DNA from: Acetofilamentum sp.
GTDB lineage: Bacteria; Bacteroidota; Bacteroidia; Bacteroidales; JAFGXI01
Assembly: GCA_020720565.1 (NCBI GenBank)
Contig: DYOK01000001.1
Location: 7,334-71,333 of the forward strand
DNA: 64,000 bases
Reading direction: 5' to 3'
Shown here: piece after piece, positions 29,630 through 38,589 of the stretch
Layout: each line of letters starts with the position of its first letter
Numbering within the stretch: position 1 is the first letter of the stretch
Made by a program: the position numbers and the translations under genes
The notes under the pieces: generated by a model
Seen by the model: the letters and a program-made list of their open reading frames with translations, nothing else
Database searches by the model: none
Told to the model about the DNA's origin: nothing

Positions 29630-29718
29630 TACATAGAATAATCTAGTGTCAGACTTTATTAAGCTTAGAGCTTGTTTTAATGTACGTAACAAAAACAACA
29701 AATAGGTCGAAGACCTTA
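29630..29718 (-). repeat. Dispersed repeat, full copy (reverse)
   Basis: The reverse complement reads TAAGGTCTTCGACCTATTTGTTGTTTTTGTTACG...AGCTTAATAAAGTCTGACACTAGATTATTC. Confidence 0.75.
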
Positions 29719-29871
29719 TCTAAAATAGAATACGTTAGATGATTGCTAAAACACTCATTGAATTGATGTAAATATGATTGTTGTGTTAAAAATATTTTGC
29801 AACATAAAATTGTGAATACTTACTTTCAAAACATACATACAATGTGGAATAATATTATATTTTTGTACGAC

Positions 29872-30555
29872 ATGAAAGCCAAATATACTAACAAAACATT
29901 TTTAATCGTCTTTTCAGTTATACTTAGCCTACTCGCTTCATGTAGAAGCGATGTAAGCAAGGGAAAGGAAGGGATTATTCACTATGAACTCACCTATTTA
30001 GATGACGAAACAGCGAATCCAATCATTACTTTTTTGCCCAACACCATGCAATATTCCTTTAAAGACGACCGTACAGTGCAAAAAGTTGAAGGTTGGGGTG
30101 GTGTTTTTAAAATGGTTGGTATATCTGACAACGAAAAAGACTCTGTAATTGCTTTAATGAAAATTTTGGGCGAAAAATACCAATATCGATGCGGATTAGG
30201 TGACGATAGTTTTGGTTACGACCCACTCGAAGGTGTTAAAATTGAGTACGTAGACGGAACCAAAGAAATTGCTGGATATAAATGTAAGAAAGCAATTGCC
30301 AAATATAAAGACCAAACCTTCGACTTGTATTATACCGAAGAAATTAAAATTAAAGAAGCCAATTGGAATACACCTTATAAGGAAGTGAAAGGCGTGTTGA
30401 TGGAATATCAAATCAATATGTTCAACATTAACACTAAAATTGTAGCTAAAGAAATCGAGAAAATCGAAGTCGCCGAAACCGAGTTTGAAATTCCTGAAGG
30501 CTTTTTAAAAGTAGATAAAAAGAAAATTGAAGAATCAGTTTTTAAATTTATGTAA
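29872..30555 (+). CDS. Lipoprotein, GLPGLI/DUF4412-like (family assignment tentative)
   Basis: Lipobox LLASC after the ATG at 29872. Shares DGTKxIAGYxCKKA and FEIPxxF blocks with the next gene. Confidence 0.6.
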   Translation: MKAKYTNKTFLIVFSVILSLLASCRSDVSKGKEGIIHYELTYLDDETANPIITFLPNTMQYSFKDDRTVQKVEGWGGVFKMVGISDNEKDSVIALMKILGEKYQYRCGLGDDSFGYDPLEGVKIEYVDGTKEIAGYKCKKAIAKYKDQTFDLYYTEEIKIKEANWNTPYKEVKGVLMEYQINMFNINTKIVAKEIEKIEVAETEFEIPEGFLKVDKKKIEESVFKFM

Positions 30556-30628
30556 CTTTTTTGCCATTCCTTTGTCTTAGGCATCAGATTTGTAAAACCG
30601 TTTTTAAATCAATATAAATATTTTTAAA

Positions 30629-31300
30629 ATGAAATCAATTACGTTACTTCTCTCAATTGCTTTGGTAGCAATCAATTTAAACACTTTTGCAGGCGGAAAA
30701 AAACCTGCTGGCGGATTCTCGGGCACAGTAAAATATAAAATTACTTACGAAGGTCGCGAAATATCGGCACAAGAACAAGCCCAAATGCCCTCAGAAATTG
30801 TTGAATACCATCTTAACAATATGACTCGAAAAGACATGGTAACTCCAATGTATTCGGTAATTACAATTTTAAACAACGAAACCCAAGAAACCATTCTTTT
30901 AATCGATGCAATGGGTAAAAAATTCTACATTAAAAAATCGGGCGAAGAAGTTAAAGCAGCAATGGCTAAAAACGACTCTGCAAATGCTAAACCCGAAGTA
31001 AAAATGTTAGACGGAACAAAAACGATTGCTGGTTATGTTTGTAAAAAAGCTGAATTAGTTTCGGGCGAAGAAACCACTACTGTTTTTTATACCGATGCAA
31101 TTGCAGCGGTAAATCAAGAATACAAAGAAATACCAGGCTACCCAATGTATTATAGCTCTAAAATTCCACAAATGGAAGAATTAGTAATGGTCGGCGAAGC
31201 CACAAGTGTTGACACCAAAAAGCCAAGCAAAAAGTTATTTGAGATTCCTAGCGATTACGAAGAAATGACTCCTGAAATGGCGAAACAAATGGGCATGTAA
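30629..31300 (+). CDS. Secreted protein, paralog of 29872..30555
   Basis: Signal peptide. DGTKTIAGYVCKKAE and FEIPSDY blocks are shared with the upstream gene. The stop TAA lies in a repeat head. Confidence 0.6.
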   Translation: MKSITLLLSIALVAINLNTFAGGKKPAGGFSGTVKYKITYEGREISAQEQAQMPSEIVEYHLNNMTRKDMVTPMYSVITILNNETQETILLIDAMGKKFYIKKSGEEVKAAMAKNDSANAKPEVKMLDGTKTIAGYVCKKAELVSGEETTTVFYTDAIAAVNQEYKEIPGYPMYYSSKIPQMEELVMVGEATSVDTKKPSKKLFEIPSDYEEMTPEMAKQMGM

Positions 31301-31385
31301 GGCCTGCGACCTATTTCTTGTTTTTGTAACTAGTAATTTATCAGAATTCTAGCTTTTTAAAATACGATATTAAATTATGCATAAT
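31298..31385 (+). repeat. Dispersed repeat, full copy
   Basis: TAAGGCCTGCGACCTATTTCTTGTTTTTGTAACTAGTAATTTATCAGAATTCTAGCTTTTTAAAATACGATATTAAATTATGC. The head TAA is the stop of gene 30629..31300. Confidence 0.8.
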
Positions 31386-31413
31386 ACTTTAATAGTCCAA
31401 AAAAAGAAAATTA

Positions 31414-31443
31414 AAAGGTACTAAATTTAGTACCTTTTTTTAT
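31414..31443 (+). terminator. Hairpin plus T-run after gene 30629..31300 and its repeat copy
   Basis: AAAGGTACTA-aat-TTAGTACCTTT followed by TTTTTT. Confidence 0.6.
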
Positions 31444-31453
31444 TGGTATAACT

Positions 31454-31487
31454 AAAAAAATCCTGTCTATCGTTTGATAAACAGGAT
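31454..31487 (-). terminator. Hairpin downstream of purH
   Basis: ATCCTGT...ACAGGAT with an inner TATC/GATA extension, followed on the minus strand by T7 (plus-strand A-run 31454..31460). Confidence 0.55.
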
Positions 31488-31513
31488 GTACTATATTCTA
31501 CTAGTTAATAAGA

Positions 31514-33034
31514 TTAATGTTTAAAGTGTCTGATGCCAGTAAACACCATCGACATTTGGTTTTGGTTACAAAAATCGATAGAATCTTGATCTTTAATCGA
31601 CCCTCCTGGTTGAATAACGGCTTTAATACCAGCTTGCATTGCAATTTCTACAGAATCGGCAAATGGGAAAAATGCGTCGGAAGCCATCACAGCACCATTT
31701 AAATCGAAACCAAAACTTTTTGCTTTTTCAATGGCTTGTCGTAAAGCATCAATTCTTGAGGTCTGCCCTGTCCCACTGGCCAAAAGCTGGTCTCCTTTAG
31801 CCAGAACAATGGTATTCGATTTGGTGTGTTTTACTATTTTATTGGCAAATAATAAATCTTTTACTTCGCTTGGCGAAGGTTTGCTATTGCTTACCACCCT
31901 TAAGTCTTGTTCGCTTTCAACTTTAGAATCTTTTTCTTGACACAATATGCCATTTAAAGCTGTTCTAAAGTTAAATTGTGGTAATTCGATATTTTTGATA
32001 ACCAACAAGATTCTGTTCTTTTTACTCATCAAAACCTTTAATGCATCATCGGAATAAGAGGGTGCGATACAAACCTCCATAAACAAGGTATTCATTTCAT
32101 CGGCTACTTGTCCGTCGATTGGCCGATTGGTGATAATTACTCCACCAAATGCCGATACAGGGTCACCTGCAAGTGCGTCTTTCCATGCTTGAACCATACT
32201 TGGTCTCGATGCTATGCCGCATGCGTTATTATGCTTTAAAATGGCAAAAGTAGGCTGTTCAAAATCGCGAATTAAGTTAACTGCCGCATCAATATCGAGC
32301 AAATTATTATACGAAACTTCTTTACCATGAAGTTGATCAAACATTTCGTCAAATTTACCGAAAAACAAAGCTTTCTGATGTGGATTCTCTCCATATCTTA
32401 AACCTCGATGATCGTTCACACTTTGTTTAAAAACCGAAATATCTTCTTTAGCATTGAAATATTTAAAAATAGCTGTATCGTAATGCGAAGACACATTAAA
32501 TGCATGTAACGCAAACAACCTTCTTTGTTCCACAGATGTGGCACAAGCTTGTGTTTTTAAAATATCTAACAACATAGAATATTGTTGTTTCGAAGGAATT
32601 ACAACCACATCGCCAAAATTTTTAGCAGCTGCTCTTATCAGCGAAATTCCGCCTATGTCAATCTTTTCGATAATTTCGGCGTCGGTACCACCTGAGGCAA
32701 CCGTTTCTTCGAATGGATATAGATCTACCACAACCAAATCAATCTCAGGAATTTGAAACGATTCTAGTTGAGCAATATCCGACTGATTTTCGCGACGTGC
32801 CAAAATGCCACCAAAAACTTTTGGATGTAAGGTTTTAACACGTCCACCTAAGATTGAAGGATAAGTTGTTAAATCTTCGACAGGCACCACCTTTGCACCA
32901 AGCGATTCTAAAAACGTTTGAGTTCCACCTGTAGAATAGAGTGTAACATTATTCTCTATAAGGGTTTTAACAATTTCGTCTAATCCATCTTTGTGGTAAA
33001 CAGAAATAAGTGCCGACTTTATTTTTTTATGCAT
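31514..33034 (-). CDS. purH: Bifunctional AICAR transformylase / IMP cyclohydrolase
   Basis: ALISVYHKDGL, GGRVKTLHP and GGILARR are full-length PurH motifs. ATG at 33034; the ORF track uses the TTG at 33040. Confidence 0.95.
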   Translation of the reverse strand: MHKKIKSALISVYHKDGLDEIVKTLIENNVTLYSTGGTQTFLESLGAKVVPVEDLTTYPSILGGRVKTLHPKVFGGILARRENQSDIAQLESFQIPEIDLVVVDLYPFEETVASGGTDAEIIEKIDIGGISLIRAAAKNFGDVVVIPSKQQYSMLLDILKTQACATSVEQRRLFALHAFNVSSHYDTAIFKYFNAKEDISVFKQSVNDHRGLRYGENPHQKALFFGKFDEMFDQLHGKEVSYNNLLDIDAAVNLIRDFEQPTFAILKHNNACGIASRPSMVQAWKDALAGDPVSAFGGVIITNRPIDGQVADEMNTLFMEVCIAPSYSDDALKVLMSKKNRILLVIKNIELPQFNFRTALNGILCQEKDSKVESEQDLRVVSNSKPSPSEVKDLLFANKIVKHTKSNTIVLAKGDQLLASGTGQTSRIDALRQAIEKAKSFGFDLNGAVMASDAFFPFADSVEIAMQAGIKAVIQPGGSIKDQDSIDFCNQNQMSMVFTGIRHFKH

Positions 33035-33080
33035 AACCAAATTTATATTAAATTTTTTATCAAAAGTCCGTAAGAAAAGT

Positions 33081-33088
33081 CAAAGATA
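33081..33088 (-). promoter_or_regulatory. Candidate -7 box (TATCTTTG) upstream of purH
   Basis: Exact TAnnTTTG match on the minus strand, ~46 nt upstream of the ATG at 33034. Confidence 0.4.
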
Positions 33089-33237
33089 AAATGCTATTTA
33101 TTCTTTTTTATAATATTTTTTCGAACAATTTCCAGTGAATTGATATCAAGCAGTAAGATACTTGAATATTAGTACTTTTATATCTATAATGACACTATTT
33201 TTTATACGAAAAAAGCAATTAGATTGCCTAAAATGAT

Positions 33238-33245
33238 TAATTTTG
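33238..33245 (+). promoter_or_regulatory. Candidate -7 box (TAATTTTG) upstream of the Crp/Fnr gene
   Basis: Exact TAnnTTTG match ~70 nt upstream of the ATG at 33315. Confidence 0.35.
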
Positions 33246-33314
33246 TGCTGTCAAACATAAATTCTTTTAAAGACATTTTTCTAAAAATTAAATCGAATAT
33301 AAAAGATTAATTAA

Positions 33315-34016
33315 ATGAAACACAAAGATATAAACTGCGATAATTGTTTTATAAGCAAGTCTTCTGTATTTACAGTTCTAACAGACGAAGAAAAAAATAT
33401 TATTCGTCAGAATCACTCTTGTACACATTATAAAAAAGGGGAAATCATATACAAAGAAGGCGACAAGCCGACAGGACTTATCTGCTTGTCTGATGGCAAA
33501 GTCAAAATATATAAAGAAGGTGTGGGAGGACGTGAACAGATTGTTAGAATGGCTAAACCAGTTGGTTTTATTGGGTATAGAGCATTATTTGCAAACGAGA
33601 ATTACATCGCTTCTGCTTTAGCTATCGAGGATTCAACAGTTTGTAATATCGACAAAAAAATTCTTTTCGAAATGATTCATCGAAATACCGAATTTGCATC
33701 CAATATTATTAAATCTTTGGCCACCGAATTAGGATTCTCTAATAACAGAACCGTAACATTAACCCAGAAACACATTAGAGGTCGTTTGGCCGAGTCTCTT
33801 TTGTTCTTGATGGATACCTATGGTTTCGAAGAAGATGGCAAAACTATTCGGGTGTATTTGTCTCGCGAAGACATCGCGAACTTATCAAACATGACCACAT
33901 CAAACGCCATTCGCACGCTCTCTACTTTTGCTAGTGAAAATATTATTAGCCTCGATGGTCGAAAAATTAGTATCCTCGATGTACGTGCACTTGGAAAAGT
34001 AAGCGAGATGGGTTAA
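33315..34016 (+). CDS. Crp/Fnr family transcriptional regulator
   Basis: cNMP-binding beta-roll followed by a C-terminal HTH (REDIANLSNMTTSNAIRTLS). The N-terminus contains CDNC. Confidence 0.88.
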   Translation: MKHKDINCDNCFISKSSVFTVLTDEEKNIIRQNHSCTHYKKGEIIYKEGDKPTGLICLSDGKVKIYKEGVGGREQIVRMAKPVGFIGYRALFANENYIASALAIEDSTVCNIDKKILFEMIHRNTEFASNIIKSLATELGFSNNRTVTLTQKHIRGRLAESLLFLMDTYGFEEDGKTIRVYLSREDIANLSNMTTSNAIRTLSTFASENIISLDGRKISILDVRALGKVSEMG

Positions 34017-34038
34017 TTAAGTTATTATTGCAATTATT

Positions 34039-34500
34039 ATGATACAACGCATTCAAACCTTATATCTTTTAATATCGGTAGTGGTTATTAACTTGCTTTT
34101 TGTTTTGCCCATTAACGAATTAACTAATTCTGTGCATATGCTTCGCTTTACAATTTTTGGCATTTCCGAAATTGTTCACGATAAGACTGAGTTGATAATA
34201 GAAACTATACCCTTGCTGGTATTAACTAGCTTTTCTGCCCTATCGCTATTCTTTTCGATTTTTCTTTTTAAAAACAGAAGATTACAAACTAGACTTGTGG
34301 TGTATTCGATAGTTGTACTTATAGGTTTACAAACGCTTTTTATATTTTATTTGTATAAAATCACTACCCTCAATCAGACCAACTTTAGTTTCTCGCCAGG
34401 ATTGTTTTTACCTATCGTAGCCGCCTTTCTTGCCTTTCTTGCATTTCGTGCTATTCGAAAAGATGATGAATTGGTTAAGTCGACAGATAGAATAAGATAA
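34039..34500 (+). CDS. DUF4293 family membrane protein
   Basis: MIQRIQTLYLLISVV start and four TM helices are typical of DUF4293. The stop TAA lies in a degenerate repeat head. Confidence 0.7.
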   Translation: MIQRIQTLYLLISVVVINLLFVLPINELTNSVHMLRFTIFGISEIVHDKTELIIETIPLLVLTSFSALSLFFSIFLFKNRRLQTRLVVYSIVVLIGLQTLFIFYLYKITTLNQTNFSFSPGLFLPIVAAFLAFLAFRAIRKDDELVKSTDRIR

Positions 34501-34576
34501 GTGCTTCGATCTGTTTTTATTGCATAACTGCATGTGTATCATATTATTACGAAAATAATTCGTCATTAAATTATTC
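34498..34576 (+). repeat. Dispersed repeat, diverged copy
   Basis: TAAGTGCTTCGATCTGTTTTTATTGCATAACTGC...TTCGTCATTAAATTATTC. The head TAA is the stop of the DUF4293 gene. Confidence 0.6.
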
Positions 34577-34730
34577 AAAGTATTAATTTTAATTTTTGGC
34601 TTGGTTTCTGTTAAAGATTGTTAAGACTATTCACATTGGGAAATAGTCAGTTTTTTCGTATCAAATTTTAATTAGATTTGCGAAACAAATCAAGTTTTTT
34701 TTGACAATCTTTTAAAACCAGTTTAAAATT

Positions 34731-35801
34731 ATGAAATCAATATTTTTATTTCTCTCATTTTTTCTAATGCAATTTTCGTATAGCCAATCCAAGGCTATTA
34801 TCACATTTGCAAAAACTGAACATGATTTTGGTACTATTCTCGAAGTAAATGGTCCACAAACCTATGAGTTTAAACTTAAAAATACAGGAACAGCACCATT
34901 GGTTATCAATAATATTGAAGCCTCGTGTGGTTGCACTACCCCAGAATGGAGCAAAGCCCCCATTGCAGCTGGTAAAGAAGGTTATGTAAAAGTCAGTTTC
35001 GACCCAAAAGACAGACCGGGTTCTTTTAGTAAAACCATTACTGTAAGTTCGAATGCCACCGTTCCAGAAACAATTCTTACCATTAAAGGTATAGTAAAAG
35101 AACGAGCAAAAACCATAGACGACGAGTATCAATATACGCTTAATGGTCTAAAAATGACCAGTTCGCATGTAGCCATGACAAGAGTCTATAGCAATTCTTC
35201 AAAAAAAGATGTTTTAGACTTATACAATTCTACAGACAAACCTATTGTGGTTCAGTTCGACCAAATCCCATCTCATCTCACCATTAGTCCTGCCAAATTA
35301 ACTGTAGCCCCAAAGCAAAAAGCAGTTGTTAATTTCACTTTTGATGCCACCAAGAAAAAAGATTTTGGATTTGTGTCGGACCGAGTTATGGTGATTATCG
35401 ACAATAAAAGGGATTCAAAAAACAAAATTACGGTGAGTGCCGATATTCAAGAAGACTTTTCGAAACTTACTAAAGCTCAACTGGATGCGACACCAAAAGC
35501 TGGATTTAATAGCACAATTCACGACTTAGGCCTTATTAATTCTGGTGAGAAAAAAACATTCTCTTTTACACTTACTAATAATGGAAAAACCGATTTAATC
35601 GTACGTAAAATATCGTCAAATTGCGGCTGTACAGTGGCTAAATTACAATCCATGACCATTAAACCTGGACAATCTACCAAAATTGATGTGAATTTTGATG
35701 CAAAAGGCTTAACAGGTAAGCAAAACAAAACAATTACCGTTATTACGAACGACCCTCAAAATTCCACTACAATTCTTAGAATTAAAGGAGATATAAAATA
35801 A
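34731..35801 (+). CDS. Secreted DUF1573 domain protein (two DUF1573 modules)
   Basis: Signal peptide. Two modules carry the FxFxNTG..PLxI....SCGCT..xW pattern (ASCGCTTPEW and SNCGCTVAK). Confidence 0.8.
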   Translation: MKSIFLFLSFFLMQFSYSQSKAIITFAKTEHDFGTILEVNGPQTYEFKLKNTGTAPLVINNIEASCGCTTPEWSKAPIAAGKEGYVKVSFDPKDRPGSFSKTITVSSNATVPETILTIKGIVKERAKTIDDEYQYTLNGLKMTSSHVAMTRVYSNSSKKDVLDLYNSTDKPIVVQFDQIPSHLTISPAKLTVAPKQKAVVNFTFDATKKKDFGFVSDRVMVIIDNKRDSKNKITVSADIQEDFSKLTKAQLDATPKAGFNSTIHDLGLINSGEKKTFSFTLTNNGKTDLIVRKISSNCGCTVAKLQSMTIKPGQSTKIDVNFDAKGLTGKQNKTITVITNDPQNSTTILRIKGDIK

Positions 35802-35945
35802 ACGTTGACGCTATGAATTTATCTTGAAAATAGATTTTTTGAATAATTTTAAAAATAGATCTATCAACCAAGGTGATAAAATAAGTTCACCATCCAATTT
35901 TAACATTTATTAAAACTGTTTTATAACACAAGACAGTTTTTTTTT

Positions 35946-35953
35946 TACTTTTG
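35946..35953 (+). promoter_or_regulatory. Candidate -7 box (TACTTTTG) upstream of the trx-like gene
   Basis: Exact TAnnTTTG match ~35 nt upstream of the ATG at 35988. Confidence 0.4.
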
Positions 35954-35987
35954 CAAAAATATTATCAACTTAATTATATATTTAAAT

Positions 35988-36332
35988 ATGTTAATGACAA
36001 ATTTAGAGCACGTATTAACCGCTGCTCAACATAAAGAAGTAATCGAAAACAACGAAAACGTAATGATTTGCTGTGGCAGAATGGGACCAATGTGTATTCC
36101 TGTTTACATTGCAATGGACGAATTAAAAGCAGAATATCCAAACATCAAATTTTTGGATATGGAATTTGATTCACCAGATGCTCACGTCATTAGAAATGCA
36201 CCAGAATGCTCACGTTTTATGGGATTACCATTTACAATGTATTACAAAAATGGAAAAGTAGCCAAAGCGACCACCAGCATTCAAAACAAAGAGCAAATTA
36301 AAGCCATTTTGGATCAATATTTAGCTTCGTAA
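35988..36332 (+). CDS. Thioredoxin-fold protein with non-canonical active-site region
   Basis: Size and secondary pattern match thioredoxin (cis-Pro region GLPFTMYYKNGK). CCGRMGPMC replaces WCGPC. It lies directly upstream of a TrxR-like gene. Confidence 0.65.
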   Translation: MLMTNLEHVLTAAQHKEVIENNENVMICCGRMGPMCIPVYIAMDELKAEYPNIKFLDMEFDSPDAHVIRNAPECSRFMGLPFTMYYKNGKVAKATTSIQNKEQIKAILDQYLAS

Positions 36333-36379
36333 TTGACTGAAAAATTTTATTCTATAACGATTTTCTAATTTTTTAAGTT

Positions 36380-37306
36380 ATGAACACTAATCATTTTGAT
36401 GTCATTGTTTTAGGTGGTGGAGCCGCAGGATTGACAGCTGGCATATACTTATCCCGAGCTAAAGTCAGCACATTGATTTTAAATGAAGGTATGGTAGGTG
36501 GGCAGATGGTTCTGACATACGAAATAGCTAATTACCCTGGTATAGAACAAACTTCGGGTTATATGCTTTCGCTTACCATGAAAAAACAAGCTGAAACTTT
36601 CGGTTGTGTGGTTAAACAGAATGTGATTATTAAGGACGTCAATCTCGAAGGATCAGTTAAAAAAGTTGTACTTAGCAATAACGAAGAATATACAGCAAAA
36701 GCTGTTATTATTGCGTCTGGAGGTAGTTCAAGAAATTTGGGCATTGAAAGCGAAGACACTTTTAAAGGCAGAGGAATTTCATACTGCGCGACTTGCGATG
36801 GCGACTTTTATACAGGCCGTGATATTATTGTAGTTGGTGGCGGAAATTCGGCTCTAGAAGAAGCTGTTTCCTTGACTAAGTACGCCAAAACAGTTACAAT
36901 AGTGCATCAATTCGACCATTTTCAAGCTTTTGAACACGCTGTAGAGGCCGCAAAACAAAATCCAAAAATAAATTTTGTAATGGAATCAACCATAAGTGGG
37001 TTCTATGGACAAGACCAATTGGATTTTGTAAAGATTAAAAATCTAAAAACCAACGAAACAACTGACAGAACAATTGACGGCGTTTTTATTTTTATTGGTT
37101 ATATGGCTAATTCCACAAAATTTCAAAATAAAGTACATTTGAATCAACGTGGCGAAATCCCAACTGACGAAAAAATGGCGACCAATATCCCTGGCGTATT
37201 TGCAGCAGGAGATGTCAGAGAGAAACAAATACGTCAGATTGTAACTGCCACTTCTGACGGCGCAATTGCAGCAATAAGTGCAATAGAATACATTCAAAAT
37301 CAATAG
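36380..37306 (+). CDS. Thioredoxin-disulfide reductase family flavoprotein (atypical pyridine-nucleotide site)
   Basis: FAD motif VLGGGAAGLTAG, redox-active CATCDG, GGGNSALEEA and GVFAAGDV. HQFDHFQ sits where NTRs have HRRxxxR. Confidence 0.85.
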   Translation: MNTNHFDVIVLGGGAAGLTAGIYLSRAKVSTLILNEGMVGGQMVLTYEIANYPGIEQTSGYMLSLTMKKQAETFGCVVKQNVIIKDVNLEGSVKKVVLSNNEEYTAKAVIIASGGSSRNLGIESEDTFKGRGISYCATCDGDFYTGRDIIVVGGGNSALEEAVSLTKYAKTVTIVHQFDHFQAFEHAVEAAKQNPKINFVMESTISGFYGQDQLDFVKIKNLKTNETTDRTIDGVFIFIGYMANSTKFQNKVHLNQRGEIPTDEKMATNIPGVFAAGDVREKQIRQIVTATSDGAIAAISAIEYIQNQ

Positions 37307-37332
37307 CAATTTGTTTTTACAAATATATTAAT

Positions 37333-37364
37333 AGCCTTGTTATCATTTTAACAGGGCTTTTTTT
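37333..37364 (+). terminator. Hairpin plus T-run after the trx-like/trxR-like gene pair
   Basis: AGCCTTGTTA-tcattt-TAACAGGGCT is a 10-bp stem with one G-U pair, followed by TTTTTTT. Confidence 0.65.
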
Positions 37365-37449
37365 ATCAATACTAATTAAGCTCAATATTTCATAGTTAGA
37401 AAAGCCATATCTTTGTAAAGCTTGTTAATTAAAGAATCTGGATTAACAA

Positions 37450-38589
37450 ATGCTCATGAATTTTTTCGAAAAACTTTGTTTTCTATATTTTATGATAATT
37501 GACCATTTAGAAAATTCTCATTCGTTTCCTAACCTTAGCGTAAATAAAGGTAAAGATGTAAGTTCTACCAATCCACAATCGGTTAATGATTTTCGAGCCA
37601 AGCGTCAAAAACAAAACGATGCCATATCTTATTTTAATGCCATAAGACTAGGCCATATTCCTAGCCTAAGCAAAGCCATTACACTGATTGAAAGCACCCG
37701 TCCTGAGCATCAAAAACTGGCTTCCGAAATTGTTAACCTCTGTCTACCCTACTCCGGAAATGCCATGCGTATTGGAATAACTGGTGTACCCGGTGTAGGA
37801 AAAAGTACATTTATCGAAACTTTTGGTTTAAGTTTGGTTCAGCAGGGGAAAAAGATTGCGATTCTGGCAATAGACCCAAGCAGCGAAAAGTCGAAAGGTA
37901 GTATTTTAGGCGATAAAACCAGAATGGAGGAGCTTGTAAAATCTCCATTTGCATTTATTAGACCGTCGCCTTCGTCTGGAACTTTGGGTGGTGTAGCTCG
38001 AAAAACAAGAGAAAGTATTATTCTTTGCGAAGCAGCAGGTTTTAACATGGTATTAATCGAAACCGTTGGAGTTGGACAATCAGAAATCGCTGTCCATTCG
38101 ATGACAGACTTTTTTCTCCTGTTGATGCTGGCTGGTGCTGGTGACGAACTTCAAGGTATCAAAAGAGGAATTATGGAAATGGCCGATGGTATTGCCATTA
38201 CTAAAGCTGATGGTGACAATTTATTGAAAGCTCAAGCTGCTGTATCCGAATTTTCAAACGCATTACATCTTTTTCCGCCAACTAGTTCTGGTTGGATTCC
38301 AAAAGTCTTAGCCTGTTCTTCAACAGAAAATACTGGTATACAAGAGCTTGGCAGTAATATTGAACTGTTTTTTACAAGGCAAACCGAAAATGGACATCTC
38401 CAAATAAAGCGTATCTCACAATCAAAATATTGGATGCACGAAAACATTAAAGCTTTGATTTTAGATGATCTTTACCGTGATCCGAAAATATCGGAACAAC
38501 TAATCACAATCGAAGAGCAACTAATTAATCAAAAAATTGATCCTTTTAAAGCCTCTGAAATAATCTTTGAAATGTATCGTTCTAAATAA
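37450..38589 (+). CDS. meaB: Methylmalonyl-CoA mutase-associated GTPase MeaB (ArgK/LAO-AO type G3E GTPase)
   Basis: LSKAITLIES, P-loop GVPGVGKSTFIE, ETVGVGQSE and ITKADGD. The start may be 37492. The stop TAA lies in a repeat head. Confidence 0.88.
   Translation: MLMNFFEKLCFLYFMIIDHLENSHSFPNLSVNKGKDVSSTNPQSVNDFRAKRQKQNDAISYFNAIRLGHIPSLSKAITLIESTRPEHQKLASEIVNLCLPYSGNAMRIGITGVPGVGKSTFIETFGLSLVQQGKKIAILAIDPSSEKSKGSILGDKTRMEELVKSPFAFIRPSPSSGTLGGVARKTRESIILCEAAGFNMVLIETVGVGQSEIAVHSMTDFFLLLMLAGAGDELQGIKRGIMEMADGIAITKADGDNLLKAQAAVSEFSNALHLFPPTSSGWIPKVLACSSTENTGIQELGSNIELFFTRQTENGHLQIKRISQSKYWMHENIKALILDDLYRDPKISEQLITIEEQLINQKIDPFKASEIIFEMYRSK

Noticed and set aside
34764-35132. 122-aa minus-strand ORF inside the DUF1573 gene, and similar short antisense ORFs in gyrA, arcC, cinA, purH and meaB
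   Set aside because: All are embedded antisense in motif-supported genes and have no independent support.
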